From an uncultured Gammaproteobacteria bacterium (GTDB lineage: Bacteria; Patescibacteriota; Microgenomatia; UBA8517), in contig CAZOVJ010000001.1 in the NCBI GenBank assembly GCA_964583685.1, positions 4,033 through 68,032 on the forward strand: 64,000 bases of DNA, in the 5' to 3' direction. A model generated the notes under the pieces. That model searched no databases. It had not been told where the DNA came from and was given only the letters and a program-made list of their open reading frames with translations. Position numbers and translations under genes: made by a program. Of this stretch, positions 9,727-19,408 are shown one piece after another. Numbering within the stretch: position 1 is the stretch's first letter; the number at the start of each line of letters is the position of its first letter.

Positions 9727-10206
9727 TTAATCTTTCCTCATTTTATCCACAATTTTTAATTTCCCCGAAGATTTAGCGAAGAACAAAGCTAATTTTGACA
9801 ATAGGTAAACTATAGGTAGGGAGATTTTGATAACCTTTCCTATTATGGGATTGACAGGATTGACAGAGGGTGTTAGAGTATTTGTAGTACATTTAAAAAC
9901 AAAAAGAGCATCGCTATCGTTGGTCTATTCTGAAAAAATCGGAACCTTACCACGAATAGAAATGCTCTTTAAATGCAATCTATCTTGTGTTTCCCGCAGA
10001 GCGGGAGAGGACAGGCAACAAGATAAATCAAATTCAGACTAATCGTAAAGAGAGTCTTTTGTCAAGCCCTAGTTTGCCGCGTATGACGCGGTTTACCACG
10101 TCTGACGTGGTTTGATTCGGCCCCGAAAGGGACGGGTGGTGTGTAGGGCAGGCGCACTACCCGCTCCTTTTGGAGCCGAATTTTAATTACCATTGGGCTA
10201 GTTTTT

Positions 10207-10872
10207 ATGCAAGAAATAATTGTTTATCATGCTTATAACTGTTCTGATTATGCTCATGGAGAGCTCTGGCTAGCAGGCTATTCCTGGGCTAGGTTTTTAA
10301 GAAGAAGTAGCAAGATTTTGGCAGGCTTAGGCATCCTGGTTTTCCTCATTTCTTTTATACCCTCGTTTTACTATTCGTTCAAGCCAACAAAGGCGGTTGT
10401 TGTTTCTCAAGCAAAAGTGGAAGAAAACAGGCCAGTATATCAACCAAATTATAACTCTCAGCTTCCCAAACAAAATCGCTTGCTCATTAACTCTATTGGC
10501 GTAGATACCCCAATAAAGGAAGCATTGAACGAGAATAGTGAGGATGCCCTCAGGCAGGGAGCTTGGCGGGTTCCTGAGTTTGGCTCTCCGGCCAGCCGTG
10601 AACAACCGTTGATTTTGGCTGCCCATAGATTTGGCTATTTAAAGTGGAGTGATAGTTATCGCCGTCAGAATTCTTTTTACAATTTACCCAAATTAAAAAA
10701 AGGAGATGTTGTTAGGATTATTTGGAAACAGAGAAAATATGTTTACGAAATTTATGGCTTAGAAGAGGGGGAAGAGATTCTTGACTATAGTGCAGACCTT
10801 ATTCTTTATACCTGTAAATTTTTAGATTCATCGGTACGGATTTTTCGTTACGGCCGTTTGCTAGAAGTATAA
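10207..10872 (+). CDS. sortase-family transpeptidase (N-terminal membrane anchor)
   Basis: Catalytic triad context is present: LILAAHR (His), LILYTCKF (TLxTC-like Cys) and VRIFRY (Arg). Hydrophobic N-terminal segment. Confidence 0.65.
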   Translation: MQEIIVYHAYNCSDYAHGELWLAGYSWARFLRRSSKILAGLGILVFLISFIPSFYYSFKPTKAVVVSQAKVEENRPVYQPNYNSQLPKQNRLLINSIGVDTPIKEALNENSEDALRQGAWRVPEFGSPASREQPLILAAHRFGYLKWSDSYRRQNSFYNLPKLKKGDVVRIIWKQRKYVYEIYGLEEGEEILDYSADLILYTCKFLDSSVRIFRYGRLLEV

Positions 10873-10933
10873 CCTATAATTTGACATTTGCTGGAAATTT
10901 ATATAAAATTGCCTTTGTTACTTTTTATTTAAG

Positions 10934-11191
10934 ATGGCGAGACGAATCTTGACGACATTGACAATTTTTTGTGCAGCTTTGACAAGACCGCAGGTTATTC
11001 ATGCCCAGCAATATGGTCAGGAAGCCGAGGTTCTGGGCGCCCAAGCACCAGAAATTGTTCATGAACCCATTCCTGCAGCCCTGGGTGATTTTAACTTTCT
11101 AGCTCTTGGTCTAGGCTTGCTTCTGGCTTCAGCTGTTCTTTTTTATCTTTCCAAAAGAATGCAATCTCGCTCCAGGTCGATTATCAACTAA
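10934..11191 (+). CDS. small secreted protein with signal peptide, C-terminal hydrophobic helix and basic tail (candidate sortase or exosortase-type substrate)
   Basis: 85 aa. N-terminal signal-like LTIFCAALTRPQVIHA. C-terminus ...HEPIPAALGDFNFLALGLGLLLASAVLFYLSKRMQSRSRS. No canonical LPXTG. Confidence 0.4.
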   Translation: MARRILTTLTIFCAALTRPQVIHAQQYGQEAEVLGAQAPEIVHEPIPAALGDFNFLALGLGLLLASAVLFYLSKRMQSRSRSIIN

Positions 11192-11526
11192 TTCACCTTA
11201 AAAAATAGGGAGCAGATCGAGGAAACGGAAAATTTGTAAGCAGAAAAATGTCCGTGAGAGGTTCACGAATAGTTTTCTGCTTGTAAACGGCAGAAGCTTT
11301 ACTAGGTTCAAGAAACTTGAAAGCCAAGTTTCTTTTGGGTTTAGCGAAGAGCACATTTAAAGAGGCAAGGGAGCACCTTTGGGTGCGACCGCAAGGCATG
11401 GCATCTCCTGATTGGGCAGCCTGTTTTGGATATGATTTTTGCTTGATTTTGAATTTGTTGTTATTAAAAATTGTGTCCAATACGGGCTTGCCCAATCAAG
11501 AAAGCTAGTTTTTAGGAGGTGCGCCA

Positions 11527-12306
11527 ATGATGAAGCGCATTCGCAAAGTGGCCGTTTTTCTTGCGGAATTGGTGGTTATTGCTGCTGCTCTGATTCTGTT
11601 GGTCCTGGGACTGGCAACTGCGCTGAATTCGGATAAATTCCTTCTCGCATTTGGCCCAGGAACTACGGGAATCACTTCGGCACAAACACCAGCGGCAGCT
11701 CTACAACGCCCAGTCCAGCCAGTGCTGACACCGCAGCCGGTGGCAATCCCAGCCGTAAATGGATGGCCAGAGACTTTGTTTCGATCGCCAGTCCAAAGAA
11801 CGGCCGTGTTTAATCAAGAAAGCTCCTGGCTAATTGCTGAGCCAGGTGTGCTGTTGGATAACACTACAGCCTGGACAGTGGCGTCCGTCGATACTTCCTA
11901 TTGGGCAAATGTGCCCGAGGGAGGTTTTACCTTCTTCTCGATGGGAGAAGGTACAATCGCTATCGATGGAGTAGATCTGGCGCTTCCCGGTGAGGAGGGT
12001 CTAAACTACCTAGTCCTCGTTCGGGGAAGAATTGATGACAACATCATTGATTCCGATCTGAACGAGACAGCGAGGGTTGCTGATTTCGTGCCCGGCCACG
12101 CTATTTGGAGTCATATGCCCACAGGGGCATACATCTCCAAGGACTGGTTTCGTGAGCAGCTAGTTGCCAGTACGACTAGAGGCTTTACGAATTGCGGTGC
12201 CACGGGATGCAGTAGAGTTAGGGTAGTCCTGTTCGATGTCGGTTCACATTTCCATCAGATGTTCGAAGTGAAAGCCGGCACATTGAATTGGACATTGCTC
12301 GGGTAA
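11527..12306 (+). CDS. membrane-anchored hypothetical protein (N-terminal TM, extracytoplasmic domain)
   Basis: ORF track 259 aa. Good RBS (aggagg). Noticeably GC-richer than its surroundings. Confidence 0.5.
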   Translation: MMKRIRKVAVFLAELVVIAAALILLVLGLATALNSDKFLLAFGPGTTGITSAQTPAAALQRPVQPVLTPQPVAIPAVNGWPETLFRSPVQRTAVFNQESSWLIAEPGVLLDNTTAWTVASVDTSYWANVPEGGFTFFSMGEGTIAIDGVDLALPGEEGLNYLVLVRGRIDDNIIDSDLNETARVADFVPGHAIWSHMPTGAYISKDWFREQLVASTTRGFTNCGATGCSRVRVVLFDVGSHFHQMFEVKAGTLNWTLLG

Positions 12307-12464
12307 AAACCCTGCGCTTATGGAGTGTTGGACCCGTCTGTTTTGTCTCTCACCCTAGTACCTCAAAGGGCAACTTCGCAGTCTTCGGACATGCAATAGT
12401 AGGTTGCCCTTTCATCTGAATTAGTAATTTATTGATATGAAATTGCTAACTGAGATGAGAGAGT

Positions 12465-15400
12465 ATGGTTAAGAAAATTTTCAGAAAACTTCAGAAACTG
12501 GCTTTCCCAACGTTTTTGCTTTTAATAGTTGGAATTGTTTGCTGGCAAAACTTTGAGCCCAGAACTTGGTTTTCAGGTTGGGATACACTTCATCCAGAAT
12601 TCAATTTTCCCTTGTACTTTAAACGAACTTTTTCTGGTGCTTGGCAAGAACACCAAGGAGTGGGGGCGCCTGCGGCCCAAGCCCATGTCGCTGAGTTACC
12701 CAGGCTTTTTATTGTCTTTCTTTTAGATATTTTTTTCCCCGACTCTTTTGTTCGTTATGGATTTTTCTTTTTAACTCTCTTTGTCGGTGCCTTAGGAATG
12801 TATTTTTTACTGGTTTATGTTCTGAAAGGGCAAAAGAGTTTAAAAAAATCTGGGGCCTCGTTTTTAGGAGCTCTTTTTTACTTACTTAACTTAACCACAC
12901 TGCAACACTTTTATGTGCCCCTAGAGATGTTTGCGACTTACTTTGCTGTCCTCCCTTGGCTTTTTTTGTTTACTTTGCGGTTTTTGCAAAAAGGGAGAAG
13001 GGCTGATCTTTTATTTTTCTGCCTCGTCACAATTTTTGCCGCTCCTATGGCCCACACAGCCACCCTCTTTTATGTTTATTTTGTTTTATGGCTGGTTTTC
13101 CTTTTTGGTTTTCAAGTTTTAACAAGAAAAGATTACATTTTGGCGAGGACAGTAAAGCTAGTGGTTTTGAGTTTGATCCTTAATACCTACTGGCTTTTAC
13201 CAAATATCTATTATGTGGCTAGGCATGCCAGAGATGTAGAGATTTCAAGAATTCATAGTAATTTTAGTGACGAAGCCTTTTTACAAAGCAAATCTTTTGG
13301 AACTTTTTCAGATTTAGCTCTTCAAAAAAACTTTCTTTTTAATTGGCGAGAATATAATTTTGAAAGTCAAGAGTTTGTCAAGCTTCTTGATGAGTGGCAA
13401 ATCCATTTGGCCAGGCCAGGAGTTGAGCTAGTGGGATATATTGTTTTTGGCATTGCAATGGTTGGAGTTATTGTTTCAGTTTTTAAAAAATCAAAATTAG
13501 GTTTCTCTTTATTGCCAGTCTTGGGAATTGTCATCTTTTTTTGGATTAACGAAAACTTTCCCTTTACCTTGATTTACAGCTTTCTGCGCGCAAATATTTC
13601 TTTATTTCGTGAGTCTTTGAGATTTCCTTTTACTAAATTTTCTATTTTCTTAGCATTTTCTCTTGCTGTTTACTTTGCTTATGGATTGTCCTTCCTTCTA
13701 GGAAAGTTGAATTCAATTAAGTTGAGCTTACCCATCTCGGTTATAATATTTTCTGGTCTTATTTATTTTTCCTGGCCTGCCTTTAGAGGATACCTCATAA
13801 GTCCCTCGATGAAGGTGGGAATACCCCAAGAGTATTTTGAAATGTTTGAATGGTTTGAGAGTCAAAATGATAATGGCAGAGTAGCTGGGCTTCCCCTGTA
13901 CACACTTTGGGGGTGGGGTTTTTATTCTTGGGGGTATCAGGGAGCGGGCTTTAGCTGGTTTGGTATTCCCCAACCTATTTTAGATAGAGAATTTGATCGC
14001 TGGAGTCCTTATAATGAAAGTTTTTACAATGAGGCGAGTTTTGCCCTTTATCAGGAAAACCTGGAAGCTTTTGAGGAAGTCTTGGAAAAATATCAAGTTC
14101 AATATTTGTTGCTTGATGAGTCTCTCATCAACGCCGGGGGAGATGAGAAGCTTTTATACATTCCTGAAATCAAAGAATTGTTAAACAAATCTGAGCATAT
14201 AAATAAAGAAAAAGAGTTTAACTACACCTTGCCGACAGGGGGGTTCCTGAGTGTTTACAAAACAGATTTCGAAGCCAGTTTTGTTTGGACGCCAGAAAAA
14301 TTTGCCAGTGTTAAGGCTGATTTGACTTATTCTGAATATGATCCGCTTTATCAAGAGTTTGGAACATATATTTTGGCTGAAGATGGGGTTCTATATCCAT
14401 TTGTTAACTTTGACCCGCGTTCAAATATTCAAATATTAATTAAAGATAGTAATATACACTTTGTTAGGAATTTTGATCGTCCAATTGAGGCTAAAGAATT
14501 GAGACTACCTGATTTAACTGAGAAAGAGGAAGTTTTACAGATAATGCCTGATTTAACAAAAGGAGAAGGTAGGTATGATATTGTTTTAGGTTTGTTAAGT
14601 CAAACTGCCCGATTATGTTCGAGCCCAAAGCAAAAGTTTGATTTGAACCTGCAAGGTGGAGGATTTGAGCTGGAGGTTGGTAAGGAATCTGTTTGTTTGG
14701 GGCAACATTTTTCTTTGGAAGAAGAGCGTTTATTGCAAGTTTCTTACGACTTTGAGTCAGCGGCTGGATTATCTCCCCAATATTGTGTTACCAAAGTAGG
14801 TGAACAAGGATGTTTAAATGATGGTTTATCTCAATTTGTTCGGCTAGAAGCGGGAGAATATTGGCTTGATTTTGTGGCCCAAGCACAAGAATTTGCTAAA
14901 GCAAAAATTGTCTATAAAAATTTGGAGATTAAAACTTTTCCTTACAAGACAAACAAGCTCTCCTCTGTCTTGTCTGTATCAACTGGGGAGGGAAAGGAAA
15001 TAAGAGTGGCTGTCTCTGGCCTGGCGAAGATAGGAGAGACTTTTTCTCCTGGCAGGGGCAATGCAAAAGCTATTAATTGTGATTCTGCCAAACAGGGAGC
15101 AGTTAAGAGGCAAAATACAGACAGAGGAGTGCTGTACAGGGCTGAGGAGGGGGGTGTGAGTTGCGATTCCTTTTATTATCCTAGTCTTGATTATTCCCGT
15201 GCTTATCTGATGAGATTGAAAGGAGAGAACAGAGAAGGTAGGAGTTTGAAGATTTATTTACAGAACAATAAGACTAAAAGGTTTGACATAGAAGAACTTT
15301 TACCAGAAGGTGAATTTGATGTTTTTTTTGTCATTTTGCCAAAAGAAATAGAGGGTGCAGGTTATACCTTGAATTTGGAAACTCGCTCATTTGGTAGGAT

Positions 15401-15860
15401 TTTCTCAGAGAATGTTTTGGAAAAAATAGAGTTTGTGCCGATTCCTTTAGATTGGCTGTCGGAAATACGCTTTGTCGGCGATACTGAGACGGGTAATTCT
15501 GTAAACAATTTGGAGATAAAAAGTACTCAGAAAATTGGTACGGCCTTTTATAAAGTGCGGACAAAAGGAGATGGATTGCTTGTTCTTGGCCAAGGTTATG
15601 AGGAGGGATGGGGGGCTTTTTCAATGACCAATGCTAAATGGCCAATGCTAAAAAAACTTGAACACCCAAAGGTTAATTCCTGGGCCAATGGCTGGCTAAT
15701 TCCAACCGCGCCGTCCACCGTCCACCGTTCACCGACCACTATTTTCATCTTTTATTGGCCCCAGCTTTTAGAATATCTAGGATTCCTCTTTTTACTGGCC
15801 ATTCCTGTCATATTAAAGCTTGAGAACAGGGGAACAAAAAACAGGCAGGAAATGATATAA
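12465..15860 (+). CDS. large polytopic membrane protein (about 12+ TM N-terminal half plus large extracytoplasmic C-terminal half), possible YfhO/AftD-like glycosyltransferase
   Basis: ORF track 1131 aa. Many hydrophobic helices in the first ~450 aa followed by a soluble domain. Family assignment is only by overall architecture. Confidence 0.45.
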   Translation: MVKKIFRKLQKLAFPTFLLLIVGIVCWQNFEPRTWFSGWDTLHPEFNFPLYFKRTFSGAWQEHQGVGAPAAQAHVAELPRLFIVFLLDIFFPDSFVRYGFFFLTLFVGALGMYFLLVYVLKGQKSLKKSGASFLGALFYLLNLTTLQHFYVPLEMFATYFAVLPWLFLFTLRFLQKGRRADLLFFCLVTIFAAPMAHTATLFYVYFVLWLVFLFGFQVLTRKDYILARTVKLVVLSLILNTYWLLPNIYYVARHARDVEISRIHSNFSDEAFLQSKSFGTFSDLALQKNFLFNWREYNFESQEFVKLLDEWQIHLARPGVELVGYIVFGIAMVGVIVSVFKKSKLGFSLLPVLGIVIFFWINENFPFTLIYSFLRANISLFRESLRFPFTKFSIFLAFSLAVYFAYGLSFLLGKLNSIKLSLPISVIIFSGLIYFSWPAFRGYLISPSMKVGIPQEYFEMFEWFESQNDNGRVAGLPLYTLWGWGFYSWGYQGAGFSWFGIPQPILDREFDRWSPYNESFYNEASFALYQENLEAFEEVLEKYQVQYLLLDESLINAGGDEKLLYIPEIKELLNKSEHINKEKEFNYTLPTGGFLSVYKTDFEASFVWTPEKFASVKADLTYSEYDPLYQEFGTYILAEDGVLYPFVNFDPRSNIQILIKDSNIHFVRNFDRPIEAKELRLPDLTEKEEVLQIMPDLTKGEGRYDIVLGLLSQTARLCSSPKQKFDLNLQGGGFELEVGKESVCLGQHFSLEEERLLQVSYDFESAAGLSPQYCVTKVGEQGCLNDGLSQFVRLEAGEYWLDFVAQAQEFAKAKIVYKNLEIKTFPYKTNKLSSVLSVSTGEGKEIRVAVSGLAKIGETFSPGRGNAKAINCDSAKQGAVKRQNTDRGVLYRAEEGGVSCDSFYYPSLDYSRAYLMRLKGENREGRSLKIYLQNNKTKRFDIEELLPEGEFDVFFVILPKEIEGAGYTLNLETRSFGRIFSENVLEKIEFVPIPLDWLSEIRFVGDTETGNSVNNLEIKSTQKIGTAFYKVRTKGDGLLVLGQGYEEGWGAFSMTNAKWPMLKKLEHPKVNSWANGWLIPTAPSTVHRSPTTIFIFYWPQLLEYLGFLFLLAIPVILKLENRGTKNRQEMI

Positions 15861-15868
15861 TTGTAAGG

Positions 15869-16156
15869 ATGGCACTACCCAAATTTTTACAACCATATCT
15901 TGCCTCTTATGACCTGTCTAAGTTGGACATCAAAAAAGATAGAGAGTTAATTATCACCGAACTTCTCAATAAAGGAGATTCCAGAGCACTTTCCTGGTTG
16001 GGAAAAACCTGTTCCCGGAAAGAAATCAAAGAGGTCATCAGCAATCCTATAAAAGGGATGTGGATGGAAAGCGTTCTCTCTTATTGGCTGCGTATTTTGG
16101 ATATTAAGCTGCCAGAAAAGACTTTTAAACAGGCACTGATTAATTTACACCCTTAA
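15869..16156 (+). CDS. hypothetical small protein, probable cognate partner (antitoxin-like) of the downstream AbiEii-like nucleotidyltransferase
   Basis: 95 aa. Stop abuts the ATG of the next gene (taaATG), a typical toxin-antitoxin coupling. Confidence 0.35.
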   Translation: MALPKFLQPYLASYDLSKLDIKKDRELIITELLNKGDSRALSWLGKTCSRKEIKEVISNPIKGMWMESVLSYWLRILDIKLPEKTFKQALINLHP

Positions 16157-16801
16157 ATGAAAGACATCTATCCGGAGATTCTTGGTAAAAACCAAGCCCT
16201 TATTCTTCCCAGGTTTAGCTTTCTAAAAAAGAAAGGGTTTTATTTGGCTGGAGGTACTGCCCTAGCTCTTCAAGTTGGACATCGTAGTTCGGTTGATTTT
16301 GACTTTTATAATCCTCAAAAATTCGATATAAAAGAGCTCTATGATGAAATTGAAAAAGTCTTTGGGAAAAAGACCCAGAAAACTCTCCAAGAAAAAGATA
16401 CTCTTTTTTGTACAATCAATGACAAAGTAGGGGTATCTTTCTTTTACTACGACTATTCTCTAATTAAAAAACCCAGAGTAGTGAAGGGTATTCTTTTAGC
16501 TAGCATCGAAGATATCGCTGCCATGAAGCTCATTGCTATTAGCCAAAGGCCGCTTAAAAGAGATTATATTGACATCTTCTTTATTTTAAAAATTTTTAGT
16601 CTTAAAAAAATATTCTCTTTTGCTAAGAAAAAATATCCCAGGTTTAATGAATATTATGTTTTGCGAGCCTTAACTTATTTTGAAGACATAAAAGACGAAG
16701 GGGAGAGAGCGATTAAAATCTTGGCCAAAAATTTCTCCTGGGAAAAGGCGAAAAAGAAAATTTTTGAGGAAGTCAAGGATTATCAAATGGTGATGATATA
16801 G
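16157..16801 (+). CDS. nucleotidyltransferase of the AbiEii/AbiGii (DUF1814) toxin family
   Basis: Motif FYLAGGTALALQVGHRSSVDFDFY matches the GGTAL...R.S.D.D signature of AbiEii. Confidence 0.6.
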   Translation: MKDIYPEILGKNQALILPRFSFLKKKGFYLAGGTALALQVGHRSSVDFDFYNPQKFDIKELYDEIEKVFGKKTQKTLQEKDTLFCTINDKVGVSFFYYDYSLIKKPRVVKGILLASIEDIAAMKLIAISQRPLKRDYIDIFFILKIFSLKKIFSFAKKKYPRFNEYYVLRALTYFEDIKDEGERAIKILAKNFSWEKAKKKIFEEVKDYQMVMI

Positions 16802-16804
16802 GCT

Positions 16805-16832
16805 AATCCCGCTCAGCGGGATTTTTCTTTTT
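16805..16832 (+). terminator. rho-independent terminator (cccgc-tcag-gcggg hairpin plus T-run)
   Basis: aatcccgctcagcgggatttttctttt lies directly after the stop of the 16157-16801 gene. Confidence 0.7.
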
Positions 16833-17004
16833 ATAGACATTATAATTCAAGTAGTATCTGGTTCTTTAGAATTCAATTTTTAAAAAGGCCAGTAAATAAT
16901 GATGTTTTATCTCCAAGAATAGCCAGCAATGAAAAAGTGTGAGGTAGTATTTATAGGTTGGAACAGTACCCTGCAACGAAACTGGCCTATACAAAACAAA
17001 TAGT

Positions 17005-17033
17005 TTGCATAGTAACAAATTTAGTCCTATAAT
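17005..17033 (+). promoter_or_regulatory. sigma70-type promoter of the rSAM-peptide-peptidase operon (TTGCAT-17-TATAAT)
   Basis: ttgcat 17005-17010, 17-nt spacer, tataat 17028-17033. AAGGAG RBS sits 8 nt before the ATG at 17078. Confidence 0.5.
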
Positions 17034-17077
17034 AGCTCTTAGCACATTAACACGATAACAATATAAGGAGAACTACT

Positions 17078-18382
17078 ATGTTCTTAGCATTGTCTGCACC
17101 GGTAACTACCCAGTGGGAGTTAACAGATTGGTGCAACCTTTTGTGTGTACACTGTTACAACTACTGGCGTGCCGGAAAAAGGAGGGGTAAGGTTACAATT
17201 ACACCACAGTTCCACGCAACATCACAGCGAGTTGTAAGTGAACTTGTAAAGAATGGGGTGTTTTCTGTAACTATTACTGGCGGTGAACCACTTGTGGTTC
17301 TTAATGATGTTTATCCATATCTTGAGTTGTTGAGGGACAATGGGATCCAAATTAATGTTAATTCAAATTTAACATTGATGACAGATAAAGTGGCCCAGAA
17401 ACTCCGCAGACTGGGAATCCGTGGGGTGTTAACCTCACTTATGACTGATGATCCTTCTCTCAATGACCAGCTAGCTTGTACGCCAGGGGCACACAAAAGG
17501 ACTGTTCGCGGCATAAAAATCGCACAAGAACATGGCTTCAAGGTCTTTGTTAACATGGTGGTAACAAAGAAAAACCTTAAACGTGTATTTCCAACTGCGT
17601 CATTTGTGGCGAGCTTGGGTGTTACCAACTTCTCTGCTACAAAAGCCGCGACGCCCGGTAATGCTTTTGATTTCAGTGAATATCGTCTATCCCGGGAGGA
17701 ATTCCACGAGATGCTTAGAGAACTTGTTCGCGCGAGAGACGAACTTGGCCTAAGTATTGATTCACTGGAATTTTATCCAGCCTGTGCCTTTCCCAACGCG
17801 GAGCTGGCAAAACCGTTCTCGCATCGCCGATGCACGGCAGGAAGAACAATGTGCACAATTGGATCCAACGGTGAAATTCGTCCATGTTCCCACGCACCAA
17901 TGAACTATGGAAATATCAACGAGGGATTAAAGGTTGTCTGGGAAAGGCTCAGCTCCTGGAGAACCGATGAATTTCTACCGGATGAATGTAGGGATTGCCC
18001 CCTCCGCTTCACTTGTGGGGGTGGCTGTAAAACTGAAGCTTACATAACAAATGGCAGCTTGAAATCGCTCGACCCCTACGGCAGTGGTATTCCAGTAATA
18101 GTGCAATATAGCATGGAAACACGAGACTTTCCTGCTCAGGCTATCTTCACGGTAAACCCCCTAGTACGAATGCGTCCTGAGTCATTCGGGGGCATTTTGT
18201 TCCGCAGGTCAAGGAGCTGGATACCGGTAACCCGAGACCTGTTTAGACTTGTAAAACTGTACAGGCAAACGGGCTTCACGGCACAATACCTGGCAGAAAC
18301 TCTGGGTACAAGTATCGAGGAAGTTCTCCCGACATTGACATTGTTGGTCAACAAGGATATAATCCTTGCCAACGGTTCGTGA
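17078..18382 (+). CDS. radical SAM enzyme with C-terminal SPASM domain (peptide-modifying maturase type)
   Basis: N-terminal CNLLCVHC (CX3CX2C) at residues ~19-26. C-terminal CRDCPLRFTCGGGC (CX2CX5CX3C SPASM motif), preceded by extra Cys (CTAGRTMC...C). 434 aa. Confidence 0.8.
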   Translation: MFLALSAPVTTQWELTDWCNLLCVHCYNYWRAGKRRGKVTITPQFHATSQRVVSELVKNGVFSVTITGGEPLVVLNDVYPYLELLRDNGIQINVNSNLTLMTDKVAQKLRRLGIRGVLTSLMTDDPSLNDQLACTPGAHKRTVRGIKIAQEHGFKVFVNMVVTKKNLKRVFPTASFVASLGVTNFSATKAATPGNAFDFSEYRLSREEFHEMLRELVRARDELGLSIDSLEFYPACAFPNAELAKPFSHRRCTAGRTMCTIGSNGEIRPCSHAPMNYGNINEGLKVVWERLSSWRTDEFLPDECRDCPLRFTCGGGCKTEAYITNGSLKSLDPYGSGIPVIVQYSMETRDFPAQAIFTVNPLVRMRPESFGGILFRRSRSWIPVTRDLFRLVKLYRQTGFTAQYLAETLGTSIEEVLPTLTLLVNKDIILANGS

Positions 18383-18418
18383 ACAACTTGTTGCTTGTTG
18401 TTAAGGAGGCTTAAGGCC

Positions 18419-18586
18419 ATGAACGAACCTTGCGAGGTGCTGCCAGGGATTGTATCTCTGTATGCAGCAGGTGCCTGTGATTGCGACGGAGCCGACTGCG
18501 ACTCAGCTGCCGGGCAAGACTCAGGTTGCGACAGTGGTTGCGTCTGTGATGCCGGAGGCGATTCCGGAGATTGTTACGGCGGTTAG
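18419..18586 (+). CDS. Cys/Asp/Gly-rich 55-aa peptide, candidate RiPP precursor (ranthipeptide/SCIFF-like) for the adjacent rSAM/SPASM enzyme
   Basis: ATG at 18419 is preceded by AAGGAGG (18403-18409). Peptide MNEPCEVLPGIVSLYAAGACDCDGADCDSAAGQDSGCDSGCVCDAGGDSGDCYGG has 8 Cys and 10 Asp in the C-terminal 37 residues. Sits 36 nt after the rSAM stop. The ORF track shows a longer TTG-initiated version from 18395. Confidence 0.6.
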   Translation: MNEPCEVLPGIVSLYAAGACDCDGADCDSAAGQDSGCDSGCVCDAGGDSGDCYGG

Positions 18587-18722
18587 TGCAAGATAGGCAC
18601 CAACACACAGAGAGCATCCATTGAGTTTAACTCAAAATCACACTCGTGATTGCCTAATAAGCTGGATGCTCCTCTTCATTTATAATGCGAGACATTATCC
18701 ATAGTATAATAAAATAATAAAA

Positions 18723-19385
18723 ATGATATTTGTTGTTAAATATTCAAAAGAAAAAGATATCTGGAATCATCTTAATACCAACTGGAAATTTTCATATCGA
18801 AAACACGGCAGGGAAGATATTCTGGAGAGAATCCGTAAAAGTTATCCTGATGAGTTCATCAACAATCTTCAGAAAGCCAAAAGCGAAAAGAGGGCAAGGG
18901 TGGTAATTAACAACTTTCTCGATACACTACCTAAGAGTTTCCACGACATTACACCGCTTATTGTACGAGGCGTTGAGCAGCTGCTCAACGAAAAGAAGAG
19001 TGAAATTGTGGGCAAATTGGAGAAAGTATTTGAAGAAAAGTTCCCCTTCAGTAATATCACTGTATATCTCTCAACTTGTCTTTTTTACCCTTACAGCTAT
19101 AAACAAAGATGGTACCTGTTAGGAAGAAACTCAAGCGAAGAGAATCACATAAAGATAACACTTCATGAACTAAACCACTTTATGTTCTACTATTATTATC
19201 CTCACTTGAAAAAAGATTTAGGAAAGGAAAAATACGAAGTATTGAAAGAAGCGCTGGCAATTTACACCAATCCGGAAGGAAACGACAAACCGGGAGTACA
19301 AAGGCTGGAAAGCTATTTTAAAGAAAATGCAAGCAAGTCATTAAAAAAACTTCTTGCAAAAAAGGACTGGAGAAAACTTTTATAG
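18723..19385 (+). CDS. putative zinc metallopeptidase (HExxH, gluzincin-like); candidate leader peptidase of the cluster
   Basis: ORF track 220 aa. LHELNHF motif with Glu residues 17-24 aa downstream. Last gene before the terminator at 19409. Confidence 0.45.
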   Translation: MIFVVKYSKEKDIWNHLNTNWKFSYRKHGREDILERIRKSYPDEFINNLQKAKSEKRARVVINNFLDTLPKSFHDITPLIVRGVEQLLNEKKSEIVGKLEKVFEEKFPFSNITVYLSTCLFYPYSYKQRWYLLGRNSSEENHIKITLHELNHFMFYYYYPHLKKDLGKEKYEVLKEALAIYTNPEGNDKPGVQRLESYFKENASKSLKKLLAKKDWRKLL

Positions 19386-19408
19386 TTTACCAGTCTTTGT
19401 TACAAGCT

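Noticed and set aside
9827-10042. 71-aa ORF in the radA-sortase spacer
   Set aside because: No RBS. Overlaps hairpin-rich sequence and a family-1 palindrome. More likely untranslated structured RNA.
10076-10200. Known ncRNA gene (tmRNA, SRP RNA, RNase P or 6S) in the structured region upstream of sortase
   Set aside because: Too short for RNase P. Lacks the SRP domain-IV GGAA/AGCAGCC motifs, lacks a tmRNA tag reading frame and tRNA-like ends. Kept only as an uncharacterised leader structure.
18411-18617. Minus-strand 68-aa Arg-rich ORF
   Set aside because: Antisense of the Cys/Asp-rich precursor peptide. GAC/TGC codons read as GTC/GCA, which gives the Arg/His bias. The plus-strand peptide has the RBS and operon context.
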